Below, one piece after another: positions 1 to 12,545 of a DNA stretch of 64,000 nucleotides. The notes beneath the pieces were generated by a model. That model saw only the letters and a list, made by a program, of their open reading frames with translations, was not told the DNA's origin and did no database searches. The stretch comes from Podarcis cretensis (lineage: Eukaryota), in NCBI GenBank assembly GCA_951804945.1, contig OX638162.1, positions 25,358,001-25,422,000 on the forward strand. Reading direction: 5' to 3'. Numbering within the stretch: position 1 is the first letter of the stretch; each line of letters starts with the position of its first letter. Position numbers and translations under genes: made by a program.

Positions 1-378
1 AAGAAGGCAATGTTGGAGCTTACTGCTGTATCATTTTGTGCTCCTCTGCTGGGGCCAAGGGAGAGAGAGGTAGTTTTGGAAAATCCACGAGCACAGGTCT
101 CAAAACAGTTTCCAGAGAGACTGGAAACAATGTCCAGAGATAAACCGAAGCATGCTTTTTCAGAAGCTTCCATGCATAATTTGCATGAAAGAGACCGAAA
201 GAGAAATGAATGAATTGTTACAACGATGGGTGTCATCACCAGTGAACTGAAAACACAGTGCAATAAATGAGTATTCTGCCATTTGATATTTGCTTCCAGC
301 ACTTCCCAGTTCAATCTTTTGTTTTCAGTCATGGCATTCAGAAACATTTCAGAGCATGGGAGCAACACTTGCACTTAC

Positions 379-488
379 TTCTTTATCCTCTCTGCAAAAG
401 ATGCGATTTCCTCCAAAAGTGTTTGGACTGTTATAACAATGTCTTGAACCATGTGGATTCTTTCTATCAAGCCTTTTTTATCAGATTC
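379..488 (-). CDS. MCTP2: MCTP2 window-exon 12 (110 nt, phase 0-2), C-terminal region
   Basis: Acceptor ctcccag|GAA, donor AAG AA|gtaagt. Translates to [36 protein letters not shown](N). Confidence 0.97.
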
Positions 489-1433
489 CTGGGAGGATTA
501 AGGAAAAGAAAGGCAAGGGGGTGGGGGAGAAAAGAAAAACACAAATGCATAAGGTTTGTATGTCCTAAAATTGTCCCAGACAATGTGGGTTGTAGGAAGA
601 TTATTGTAAGATGTTTGGTAATATCTTTCAGCACAGCAAAGTTTGAAATTCAGGCACTCAAACCGTCTGGAGAGGTAACCTGGAAACCTATGGTATTCAT
701 TATGAATATTCTATTTCAAGACTTAAAACAACAGAAACCTACACTTCTGCTTTTAGCACTTTGGTGGAAGGTTCCTTCAGGTCACTTGAAAGTTCTTGGA
801 ACTGCAAAGCTGCTTATAAGAGAGGCAAAATATAGCACAGAAAGAGACATTTTCAGAAATTCATATCCTTTGAAACAGGCTCCCCCATCCTGGGGCCCCT
901 CTAGATGTTTTGAACTACAACTTCCATCAGCAACAGTCCACACAGCCATATCACTAAGGATGGAAATAAACCAAGGATTAGCAATATGGTGTCCTCTACA
1001 TGTGGCAGGCCACAATTCCCATCAGCTCCAGCTAGTCAGGGACGATGGGAATTGTCACCCAGGACACCCAGCCCAGGACACAACACTGGCTACTTCAAAA
1101 CTATACACTACAAGGCAAACACAGGCTGCTCATCCATGTGTTTTCCCCATAAGAACATCCTAGCAGATGGCTGGGGATGCTGAACCCTCCCAATCATTGT
1201 TTGTTCCCTACAAATGCTTCCCTCCCTAGATGTTATCTCTGTACACACAGGTTTGGGCACATGTGCTTGCCAGCTTGTAGCTCCATGTAGCCTTCTCCTG
1301 CCTTGGCACAGGTCACAGCACACTGCTTCCAATGAGGAAAAGTGAGGCCTATGCTTAGAGATCTAGTAGGGTCACCCAGTGCTTTGCCTGGCTCTCTCTT
1401 ACTTCTGGCCAATTCTTCATGGCAACAGAATTT

Positions 1434-1436
<3 letters not shown>

Positions 1437-1476
<40 letters not shown>
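1437..1476. repeat. (AC)n microsatellite
   Basis: About 20 perfect dinucleotide units. Confidence 0.97.
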
Positions 1477-1481
<5 letters not shown>

Positions 1482-1945
1482 ACCAAGATATTCTAGGGCA
1501 AGCCTGTTCTTGCAACCTGGAACTGTGAAGAATATCATCTGGCAGCTGGATATGCATCCTGCTGACTTTGTTTACACATCTTAGATTGTGCTACAAAAAC
1601 GTGGTGATGACACACTTTAGCAAACACAACATTAAATCTTCTTGTTGCAGACTATCTGGACTGCCTGCGACTCAGAGATCAAGTTAAAATGAAGTCACCG
1701 ATTTATGCTGAAGGACATCCTAAGAGTCATATGGGGGTCCGTATCTATATTAATAGCCATATGAATCTACATCTGTCTCTATCAATCTGTATATAACATA
1801 ACAAGGGCTAAGAAATCCAGTGAACATATGAGTGGACTGCTGGTTAATCTGGGTTAGCTTCTGGCCTAAACTATAATTTATCAGAGTGATGGGAAACTAC
1901 TGTATTCTTACATGACCACTGTGCTCTCCTAGTAGAGGCCTAGGG

Positions 1946-2145
1946 CGGAGATTTCCAAACTGTGTGTTGCAACACATTAGTGTGTCGGCTGCAGTGTGTA
2001 GGTGTGTCACCTGAATGCTCTCCGTGCTTCTCCTGGGGCTGGAAAGGGGTTAGTTTAACCTCTGGTTTGCTAATAAAACAGAATTATTGTGTCAAGAATA
2101 TGTCTAAAAAGTGTGTCACCAACATGAAAAGTTTGGAAAGCTCTG
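1946..2145. mobile_element. non-autonomous hAT-type MITE, 200 bp
   Basis: Terminal inverted repeats (TIRs) CGGAGATTTCCAAACT / AGTTTGGAAAGCTCTG. 8-bp TSD gcctaggg/gtctaggg (7/8 match). Confidence 0.8.
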
Positions 2146-2289
2146 GTCTAGGGGCTAGAAATAAGCTGCAAGACTGAAGATCTGTCTCCCATACACTTTT
2201 AAAATTGGACACAAGCCTCATATTTGTACATGATTAGGCAGGGGAAAGTTTAAGCCTATGGACTTGCCTGTCTTTTCTTGGATCACACT

Positions 2290-2835
2290 GCATTTTATTT
2301 ATTTACCTAAGCATTTATAATTTGCATTTTCATGCAAGTATAACAAGGCGGTATACAACATAGATTATACCATTCTTAAAAAGAAAAATATTGCAAAGGC
2401 ATGTCAAAATTGTAGTTTTCAGAGAAGTTCTAAAAGAAGACATGGATGAATCCTGCCCAGTGTCTATGGGTAGGGACTTCTACAGGGCAGGGCCTGCCAC
2501 ACTTGGTTCCTAACAAAGGTTGACTGAACCTTAGGGATGTAGGAAACCACAAGAAGTGCCTCATCAGAGGATCTCAGTGATTGAAGTGGAGCATAAGGAA
2601 TTATACGTTCCTTAAGATACTTTGGGTCCAACTTGTTTAGAGCTTTGTGAATGAACACAAGAACCTTGAACCAGACCCAATAGCAAATCGGCAAACACAT
2701 GTGGAGTAGCCCATTGTCAGTAACCTGCCCCTTTGAGCAGTCTGTCTACTGTGTTCTGCACTAGTTGAAGCTTCTGGACTAGATACCAGGGCAGCTTCAC
2801 ACAACGTGCATTTTGGTAAGAGTCTCAAGGCTGCA
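2290..2835 (-). mobile_element. degenerate L2-clade LINE 3' fragment
   Basis: Minus-strand remnants VQYNAALRLL and FKVLVFIHKALNKLDPKYLKERIIPYAPLQSLRS, plus an A/T-rich tail. Confidence 0.75.
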
Positions 2836-4550
2836 TTGTATTGAACAATCCATTTCACTCCAGTTGTTCTGCATTCCACTTTTGGTGAATATTATTATTT
2901 TGATTGCGACTTCTTTGGCAACGTGGTCCTCTTAAGCCAATTTTCAACTGGCTCACTCAAGATGGGCATCAGTGACTTGATACCCTGAGCTCAGAAGCCT
3001 TTGTTTAAAATTAAGGCGAAAATTCCCTGCCTGTATGACAAATCTGTCCTCTCAACCTTTCCTTCTCATCCTGAACTAAGCAGAGGGAGGAGACCCCTTT
3101 TTCTTCACAGCCCCTTTCTTACTTCAACTGTTTCTCACCCGGCTGTGCTACTCGGTGTAGAATAAAAGCAGCCCTCTTCCTCTGGGAAAGCATTAAAACC
3201 ATCAAAACGAATTTACAACTGAGAATTAATTACATGATCAGTGTGTTGCTTAAAATCTTCCCTGCATATTCTGAGCTAAGAAAAGACCTTGCTTCTCCAT
3301 TAATTGCTTAAGCAAAACTACAAAAGAGGGTCTTGGCGAAGATTAAGCATGTCAGAGAAAAAGAACTAAGAGAGGGGTGGAGGAAAGTTGAACAGAGTCG
3401 GAATTTAAAGGCTTTTGTGTCTGAGTAATTCACCTCAGCTTGAACTTGGAAAATGAATAAGATGTGTAGCTCTTGCCCAAGGGAGGCCAAAATGTTCAAC
3501 ATCTAACGTTTGTCAAGCACCCATCACCCAATGGCTTACAATGAACACGCTGGGTGTTCACTCCAAGAGGCCAAGGTTTTGTGACATTGTGCAACAGTGT
3601 GTCCCACTTTCAGCACCTCTGACCCTAGAGACAGGGTTATGCACATTGCCTGCAAAGCTGTCTAAAAATATATTTAATAAATAAAATGAGCCTCTGCAGA
3701 GCTAGCCCCCTGGAGAACAGGAAGCAGAGAAAATTGGGGTTATCTGTACAGGCTCCACCAGGAAAACAGGATGGATCAAAGACTTTGGTGAGAGGGTTAA
3801 TTGGGCCTATGGCTGGACAGCCATACTGAGAGTAGCTTCCAAACAACTCAAGTTGGAGCGTAGGGCACAATGGTAGTTTTAACAGATTTCAATATTTGGT
3901 AGTTGTTGTTTTGGTAAAGAAAAAGTTATGCTACAGCCAGGGATCATTCAATACAGGGTGTATCTCGGTGACATCATAAACACAGTTTCTCAAGTCTCAA
4001 TTAAAGAAAATTCCACTTGATTCCACTTGATATAGATGAAAGATCAAGACAACCATCAGCAATGCAAGGCTAAGTTGGCCACACCCACCAAGAAAAGTAT
4101 AGGTTGTATCCAGCTAAATTTTACTCAGAATAGACCCAATGAAATTAGTGGGCTAAGTGAGTTATGTCCTTCAATACCAAGTGGGTCTACAACCCAATGC
4201 CTTTTGAATTTAGATCCAAAAGCTTCTGGAGCTGATTTTACAGTATCAGGTGGTTTTGTGCTCGAGTCTCCAGAAGAAAGGCAAATTTAAGATCGGGAAA
4301 ATCAGAAATGACACTAAAATGCAATTTGCTGCTTTATACAGGATGGACGAAAACTCAGCACTGTCCTCCAGCTGAGGGGCACTCCTATCCCCTTTTGGGA
4401 AGTCAAAGCTAAGAAGTTATTCTGGTTTCGTAAGCGGAGCTGGACTGTGGGTTGGCATTCCCTTGCCCATATCCCCAGGAAGTTTGGATGAAGCTCAAGC
4501 AAATTAGATGACAGGTTTAAAACTGATCAATGCAATCAGGTTTTTAATGT

Positions 4551-4873
4551 GCGGGTGGCACTGTGGGTTAAACCACAGAGCCTAGGACTTGCCGATCAGA
4601 AGGTCGGAGGTTCGAATCCCCGCGATGGGGTGAGCTCCCGTTGCTCGGTCCCTACTCCTGCCAACCTAGCAGTTCGAAAGCACCTCAAAGTGCAAGTAGA
4701 TAAATAGGTATCGCTCCAGTGGGAAGGTAAACGGCGTGTCCGTGCAATGCTCTGGTTCGCCAGAAGCGGCTTAGTCATGCTGGCCACATGACCCAGAAGC
4801 TGTATGCCGGCTCCCTCGGCCAATAAAGCGAGATGAGCACCGCAACCCCAGAGTCGGTCACGACTTTACCTTA
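4551..4873 (+). mobile_element. Sauria SINE (type A), short deletion before the tail
   Basis: tRNA-like head GGTGGCACTGTGGGTTAA..GGTTCGAATCC, conserved body GTGCAAGTAGATAAATAGG, and a TTTACC tail remnant. Confidence 0.93.
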
Positions 4874-5729
4874 CAAATAAACTTCCCCAGCCAACATGAA
4901 AATGTTTAGATTGTTTAATTGGTATGCGGTATGTAATATGTTTCTTTATAGTTTCATTCATTATAATATATTTCCTTTATAGTTTTCTAACATTTTTACT
5001 GTAAGCTGCCCTAGGATTCCTATTGTTCAGCTTTAGTACAGGATACTAAATATCCCCCACACATAGGGATGGATGAAATAAGTTCTTCAATGGAAATGTC
5101 TAAAACAAGCCATAGGTCAGACTGCCACTGCTTGGCAGGGGATGAAACATTAATTAGCAAAGGTTTGGGAGGTGCTGCTTTCAGCATGAGGGTCACATTT
5201 TCTTCTGGGCAATCTTTGGTGGGGGAGCACACACTAGTGGTGGGTGCAGGCAAAAATGGGCATACCAATGGGTGCAAATTTCACCTTACAAGAGGGGATG
5301 GTGTGCTATAGCACTCTCAAAATTCCAAATACGCCCACAGACCTCAAAGCATTGGTGGCACCCTGATACAGATGGTCTAGTGCAGGGGTTGGAAACCAAG
5401 GGTTACCTCCCCCCCCCCGAATGTTTTCCAAGAGCCTCACACCAATGGTAGGTAGAAACAGAGGCTGAAGTGGGTTGGGGGCTGTGCCTTTCCCCTTCTA
5501 GAGTGAGAATTCCCAGAGTGGTTTAACAATCAGTTCCCCTTTCCAGGGATCTAGGCAAACTGTCAATCTAAGAGGGGAATTTGGGTCTCCTAACAACTTT
5601 CAACACCCTCAAGAAACTACACTTCCCAGGATTCTTTGGGGAGAAGCCTGTGATTCTTTACAGCAGTAGCATAGTGCTTTAAATGTATGATGTGGATGTG
5701 GTCAAATACTCTGGGCCAAATGGGGAAAC

Positions 5730-5875
5730 CATAGAATCAGAGAATGGTAGAGTTGGAAGGGACCCCCAAGGGCCATCTAGTCCAACCCCCTGCAAGGCAG
5801 GAATCTTTGGCCCCAAGTGGGGCTCAAACTCCCAACCCTGAGATTAAGAGACTTCTGCTCTACCGAGTGAGCTAT
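5730..5875 (-). mobile_element. short SINE: tRNA-Lys(CTT)-like head fused to a CR1 3' tail
   Basis: Minus strand reads TAGCTCACTCGGTAGAGC..CTCTTAATCTCAGGGT..TTTGAGCCCCAC, then GGGTTGGACTAGATG..ATTCTCTGATTCTATG. Confidence 0.8.
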
Positions 5876-6486
5876 GCGAAGAGCCCAAAATATATTCTGC
5901 CTCATCTTCAGTTTACAGAGATTATATGTTGCTGCAGGAGCTGGTGCTTAGTCAGACAAACTCAGAGATGCTCTTCCAGACCCAAGGATCAAGGCCTTCT
6001 TTGAGCTATGCTATGTGAGTCGATACTTCAGGACCAGCTCAGTTCCCTTGAGCCTTATTCTAAGCTTCCTTGGCAGGCTTTTCCACAGCTGTGTCTGACT
6101 CAAGACCGGAGTCTAGGACTCACATGAGAAAGCTGAAAAATCAGCCATTCTCTCTCACTGAACAAACACAGAGCAAACACAAAGCAATAGAGCTCATGAA
6201 CACTTGGCTCCTACACAGATATTGAATGATGCAGGGACATGTTAAGACTGCATGGTCACTCAACAAGCTATGGCTCATACCTGGAAGGCCTTACAAGGAC
6301 TACCCTTGGAGTTACAGTGTAAAAATATTTGGTGTTCAGCCATGGCTGAGAAAATAATTCACAACTCAAAAGTGAAAAAGGAACAGAAAAACCAGATAAA
6401 TTTTATGCAATATGGTAGCCGTTTGTTACGAAAATGGTCTTAAGGATACATTCTCCAAATTATCTTTGCAGATACGTCTATCCTGA

Positions 6487-6847
6487 AAGTGGGTGGCACT
6501 GTGGGTTAAACCACAGAGCCTAGGACTTGCCAATCAGAAGGTCGGCGGTTCGAATCCCCGCAACGGGGTGAGCTCCCATTGCTCGGTCCCTGCTCCTGCC
6601 AACCTAGCAGTTTGAAAGCACGTCGAAGTGCAAGTAGATAAATAGGTACCGCTCTGGCGGGAAGGTAAATAGCATTTCCGTGCACTACTCTGGTTTGCCA
6701 GAAGTGGCTTAGTCATGCTGGCCACATGACCCGGAAGCTGTACGTCGGCTCCCTTGGCCAATGAAGCGAGATGAGCGCTGCAACCCCAGAGTCGGCCACG
6801 ACTGGACCTAATGGTTAGGGGGCCCTTTACCTTTACCTTTACCTTTA
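6487..6847 (+). mobile_element. Sauria SINE (type A), full length
   Basis: Head, body and (ACCTTT)n tail present. 9-bp TSD ctatcctga at 6478-6486 and 6848-6856. Confidence 0.95.
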
Positions 6848-8683
6848 CTATCCTGAGCAGTACAGCTCGAACAACATTCTTCCTGGGCAACAACTGTCTG
6901 TGTCAGATAGAAAACATTTTTTGTACTGTCCCTAGGACATTAAAGCTGGAAATTTGGATAATGTGTATGGATTCATAAGAAGTATCCATGTTATATAGAA
7001 TTTTTTTTTTTTTTTTAAAAAAAAGACCCTCTGTGTTTATGCAGTCCTTGTTGTAGAAGTAGAGCCCTTGTTGTAGAATCAGAGTTTCAGAGCTCTTACA
7101 ATTTTACGTAAGAAGTTGAAATATACATTTAAAATGGCAATGCTATGGAGCGAGCATTCAAGAAAGGAAAAGTGCCCTGGGAATGAACCACTGTTATCTT
7201 CTGCTGCTGTCTCCTCTGTTGGAAAAGGGGGAGCTGGAAGCTCAGCCCTTCCATTTTTAAAGATTGATCATTCAGATGGAAGGGAGTTAATCTGCTCTTC
7301 TGTTTTTGAACTAAGTGTCTATGTGTTTCTAAGTCGTAAACAGTTAGTCTCTGAGGGTGTGTTACAATTCCCAGAAGCGAGGTCTGTTATGTCTGACATG
7401 CAACAGAATCCCAGAAAGCTCCCTCTCCCCCTCTTTTCTCTGTATACTTTTGATAAAACACGCACACATTTGATAGAAACCATGACCTTCTGTGTCAGAT
7501 CCCAGCCAACAGCTTTTCCAAGTTTTAGGAGTCATTTCATTGGGGGGTGGGATGTATTTTAGAAAGTTTACTTTTGTGTGTTTCGGTGACACAATACTAA
7601 AATGTAATAATTATCCCAATGTTTCTGTGCAACAAGCAGTATGCTTGGACCTCACCAGTACTCTTCTAAAGCACCATCCTTGGAAATCTAAATGGCCAGC
7701 AAAGATTCTAGGGCTGAAATGATGCCATTCATACATGTAGCAATGGTGTGAATGCTACTTTAAGAGGGCCAGCCCCCCTGTCAAGGTGGTTTGTGAAGGT
7801 TAGGGGATGTTGGGATCTGGCTGGCTAGTCTGATCCAGTTCCCCAGCCCGGGAATCAAAATATTGTTTCACCATCTCTTTACAGATTCACCACTGTCCCA
7901 ATAGACCAACATGGCTGCCTCTCTGTGTATGTGTGTTACATTTAGAGATGCTTGAAGACCTAGTTTGGTCTTCGTTTTTAAATGGAACAACCTGATTTGT
8001 GCCTCCTGGATGGAACACAATTGTCTTGCAGTTTCGCAATTCACTGAAATTTACGAGACAGTTCTTGGCTCCAGAAAAAAAGTCTATGAGGCTAAAGTGT
8101 ATATTTTAGGATAAAATGTGAACAAAAGTGTGTATTTTGTGGGGTGAAACACAATAAGTAATATTCAAGTCCTACGCAGAACAGACCCATGAAAATAAAT
8201 GAACGTTAGTCCTGTCTACTAGCTTCAGTGGGTCTACTCTGAGAAGGACAAGCATTGAATACCACCCACTGAAGTTAACAGACATGCCTAACTTAGGTCC
8301 AATAATTTTGGTGAGTCTACTTCAAGTAAAATGCAGTTGGCTATAACCCTATAATATTAATTTTGGGCTTTTTAAAAAAAGTTGATGGCTACAGAAATGG
8401 GACTGAGGTCACTTCCAGATGACCTGTTTTATGTCAGTGGAGAGATTAGACAACACGGGCTGTTTAGTGAGCATTCATTGTGGTTTGCATGTGGGGAAAT
8501 CAAACTATGTTGCATCAAGCATCATCCCACACTTTTTCATGCATTTCCCTGCTACTTTCCTTTGCCATGTTGTGAACGAATCTCAACTGAAAATAATGAC
8601 AACTTGGAAGTGCCCTGAATGGACTCAGCAATGAACACATGGGACACTTGCTTTTATGCAATCTGCTCTATATTGCATCTTAC

Positions 8684-8725
8684 CTTGTCGTCGTCATCTT
8701 CATCCTCCTCTACATCAATGCAGTC
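8684..8725 (-). CDS. MCTP2: MCTP2 window-exon 11 (42-nt acidic micro-exon, phase 0-0)
   Basis: Acceptor ttttttaag|GAC, donor AAG|gtaaga. Translates to DCIDVEEDEDDDDK (recalled human equivalent ESTDIDDEEDEDDK). Confidence 0.94.
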
Positions 8726-8944
8726 CTTAAAAAAACAAAACAGAAAATTAATCCAAATTCCAAATTGCTTAGCATAATTAATATCATTCTATTTATTTAA
8801 ACATTTAAGGGGAACCCTGCTGGATCAGCCCAAAGGTGAATCAAGTCTATCATTCCACTGTGGTCAAACTGGATGTCTATGGGATCCCATAAACAATATA
8901 TAAAGGCAACTAGCCCTTTCCTGATGTTTGTTCCTGGGCAACTG

Positions 8945-9140
8945 AGAACATGAGAAGAGGCCGCTGGATCAGGCCAAGAGCTCATCTAATCCAGCATCCT
9001 GTTCCCACAGTGGCCACCCAGAGGCCTGTGGGAAACCCTCAAGCAGGGCCAGAGCACCATGTGGTTTCCAGCAAATGGCATTCAGAAGCATTACTGTTGC
9101 CAACCATAGAAGCAGAGCATAGCCATCATGGCTAGTAGCC
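8945..9140 (-). mobile_element. CR1 LINE 3' end; further copies near 8810, 17978, 30037, 30275 and 32160 (minus) and 22270 and 31600 (plus)
   Basis: Reverse complement of a CR1 3'UTR: AACAGGATGCTGGA(C/T)TAGATG..CCTGATCCAGC..TTCT(T/C)ATGTTCT octamer-type tail. Confidence 0.75.
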
Positions 9141-10394
9141 ATGATCATCACCAGTTGCATTTTGCCTCTAGTGCTATAGGTCCAGACTAGGTAACAAGTA
9201 GCCCTCTAGATGTTGCTTAGTTACAATTCCCATCCTCCAAGATTACTAGCCAGCCTGGCTGAGGCTGATGGAAGTTGGAGAGTCCAACACATTTGGAGGA
9301 TCACAGGCTCCCTAACACTGCTGTCGGCATTCGCTCAACTAGGCTTGCTATTAGTGTGAAGTGTTATATCCAATGTCAGACCTGCTCCAAGTTGACCCTT
9401 GAAATTAATTAACTTGGGTTTATTACTTTCAGTAGCTCTGCTCTGAGTAAACCCCATTTAGATAAAGCTCAATGTCTTTATAATGGTCCATCAATAATGG
9501 CTAATCAAAAATGGCTGGTAATCATCAATTCATTTGATTTCCTACTCCACACAACATAGGGTAATTCCAGAGTCACAACTTCCTTTAAAAAAAATAATAA
9601 TTAAGACCTTGGATTATGACATTTTAAAACAATTGCTTTTTAATCCTCAAGGACTCTTCCCATCCTTTGGTCCATGTTCAGAAAACGGTAACAGAAATAA
9701 CTCTCAACCATGACACAGTTTTATGTTGGAACAAAGCTATCAGCAGCAGATGCAAGCCAAACCGTTCTAAAGGCAAGAAGGTTCAATTCTTGTTTTTTTC
9801 TTTTTTTCTTTTTTTAATGCTATTTTAATCCATTGCCAAGTTCTACTCTCAGTAAGCAGCTTTGTTCTTCCTCTGACAAATGAACCAGTTGGAATGTCAA
9901 GGCTGAGAATTCTTCTACACTCAGTTTATTCTATTCTCATTGCTTGTTTCAATGGCTGTTCGCTCCCTTTAGGGCCATTACCGAAACATTAGGGGGCAGA
10001 AAATACATTAGCACACACATAATCAATCTTAAGAATCAGATACAAAATTCTATACAGCATTATCACTCCACTTGCTAAGAAAAATGGGAGGGGCGGTGGG
10101 GGAAAGGTTATGATTGAAGTGTAGGGGTAACAGGCATTTCAACACAGGTTCTTTGCTAGCAACACATAAAAAAAAGATTCTCCAGGTCAGCAGGAACATT
10201 TCTTTTGAATAGGCAGATTTATTTATTTATTTTTAAATACAATAAGTGGAATGGAGGAAATGTTGAAGTGCAGAATTAAAAGTTGAGTTGGTAAATAAAA
10301 TAAAATAAAATCCATTTTCAGGGCACAGGACTAAGCTCTTGAAAAGATTCAACTTGCATTCATTTTCCAGAAGGTGGAAGATGCAACAATGAGA

Positions 10395-11590
10395 TTGATG
10401 ATCTTGGACCTGATCCTCACCAACAGGGAAGAACTGGTCAATAAGGTGGAAGTAGTGGGGACCTTGAGAGGAAGTGACCACATCCCTTTGGTATTCATTA
10501 TACAGAGGAAAAGGAAAGCCAAGTGTAGTCAGACATCCATTTTAGATTTCTAGAAAGCGGACATCAAAAAGCTGGGTTAGATTCCACGGTCAGAAATACT
10601 CAAAGAGAAGGGAGTCCATGGTAGATGGGGGTTTCTTAAAGGTGAGATACAGAAGGCACAATCTCAAACAATTCCAACAAGACAGAAAAGTGGGATGCAT
10701 CTAAAGAAACTGGTGTGGTTGCACAATGAGCTTACGGATGAGCTTAGAGTTAAGAAGGGCATGTATAAGAAATGGAAGAAGAGGTATCTCATGAAGGAAG
10801 AGTATAAACGAGCAGCCGACACTTGCAGGGGGAAGGTCTGGTAGGCTAAAGCTCAGAATGAGCTCAGACTTACAAGAGAGGTTGAAAATAATAATAAATG
10901 TTGTTTTTTTCTTGGCTATGTTCAAAGCAAGAGAAATAACAAAAATATTGTGTTCTTTGTGTGGAGAAGATGGAGAATATTGGGTGATGGAAAGCTAGTG
11001 AAAGTGCTCAATACCTACTTTCTCTCTGCCTTCTTCCAAAAGAAAAAATAGTGCCCAACCGGGTGATAATAAAATAAATGATGCAGAGAGGGAGTTGCAG
11101 CCCAAAAGAGAGAAAAAAGAGGTGGTAAAGGAACAGCTGGCTACTTTGAATGGATTCAAATATCCAGTGCCTGATGAACTGCAACCAAGGGTACTAAAGG
11201 AACTTGCAGATGCAATTGTAGAGCTTCTGTCTATAATCTTAAGAGAATTCTTAGGGAATTCTATGGACTGGAGGTGGGCAAATGTTGTCCCCATCTTCAA
11301 AAAGTGGGAGAAAGAGGACACAGGCAGCTTCCAGCTGGTCAGCTTGATGCTAATAGCAGGAAAGGTCCAGAAACAGAACATTAAAGAGTTGTGTGTGATC
11401 AGTTAAAAAGGGATGTCATGATTACTAAGAGCCTGCATGGGTTTCTGAAAAGCAAGTCATGCCAGACCCTTATTTTGATAAGGGTTCAAAGCTTGGTGGA
11501 TCAGGGAAATGCTGTGTATGCAATGTATCTTACTTTGAGCAAGGCTTTGGACAAAGCCCCTCAAGATTTTCTTGTGGAGAAGCTGGTGAG
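10395..11590 (+). mobile_element. degenerate CR1 LINE ORF2 fragment (end of endonuclease to early reverse transcriptase)
   Basis: Frameshifted motifs ILDLILTNREEL, PDELQPRVLKELA, DWRWANVVPIFKK, HGFLKSKSCQT and SKALDKAP. Confidence 0.9.
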
Positions 11591-11739
11591 GGGTTGGAAA
11601 TGGTGACATCTGGAATCAAAACGAAGTCATGGGGTCATGTTATGGATGTATTGGTGCACTGACAATGCACACAGCTGCCTGCAGGTTTGGAGGGAGTATG
11701 AAATGCCCCTAGGTGCATACAAGTGTACACAGGAATAGC

Positions 11740-12545
11740 CCTCCTGGAACAGGCCAATGGACCATCAAGTCCAGCATCCTCTTCTCACAGTGGCCAACCA
11801 GATGCCCATGGGAAGCCTTGAAAGCAGAATCTGAGTACAACAGGACTCTCCACAGTTGTGCTCCCCAGCAAGTGGCACTCATGATCATACTGAAAGTGGA
11901 GGTAGAACATAGCCATCTTGGCTAGTAGCTATTGATAGCCTTATCTCTTATAAATCTGTCTAATTTCCCATTAAATCCATTTAGGCTGGTGGCCAAGGCT
12001 GCCAATTGTGGGAGCAAATTCCATAGTTTAACAATGCACTTTCTTTTGTCTGTCCTGAATCTTCCAAAATGCAGCTCATTGGATGGCCTTAAGTTCAAGT
12101 ATCACAAGGGGAAAATACCTTCCCCTATCCATGAATCCCATCTTCCACGAATTTGTCAAATCCTCTTTTAAAGCTATCCAGGTCACTGGCTGTTGTGGAA
12201 GCAAATTCCATAATTTAACTATGCACAGTGCAAATAAATACTTTTTTGGTGTATCTGCCTTGAATTCCCCCAAAGTTCAGTTTCATTGGATGTCCATGAA
12301 TTCTATTGTTATAAGAGAGGGAGAAAAGCTTTTCTCTATCCACTCTTACCACGCCGTACATAATTTTGCACACTTCTATCGTGTTACTTCTTACTTGCCA
12401 TTTCTCTAAACTAGAAAGCCCCAAATCTCATAGCATTTCTTCACAGGGACGTTGCTCCTTTCCCTGGATCATCTGCCCTTTTCCAAGCCTGTTCCAGCTC
12501 TACAATATCCTTTTTGAAGTAGGGTGACCAGAACGGTACACAGTG
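11740..12545 (-). mobile_element. CR1 3' fragments (two adjacent, partly duplicated pieces)
   Basis: Minus-strand remnants GLSSLEKWQVR..IEVCKIM..GHPMKL and VKLWNLLP, followed by the CR1 3'UTR. Confidence 0.85.

Noticed and set aside
267-1163. Longest ORF in the track (298 aa, plus strand)
   Set aside because: It runs antisense over an MCTP2 exon and then through MITE remnants, and has no recognisable domain. A chance open frame.
4011-4031. Small local tandem duplications (10 bp here, about 20 bp near 7046, 16 bp near 47476, about 18-bp period near 55578)
   Set aside because: Ordinary replication-slippage products with no sign of function.
5805-5875. tRNA-Lys gene (and the tRNA-like heads of the other SINEs)
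   Set aside because: The stems and B box are mutated and the sequence is fused to a LINE-derived tail, so it is a SINE and not a functional tRNA.
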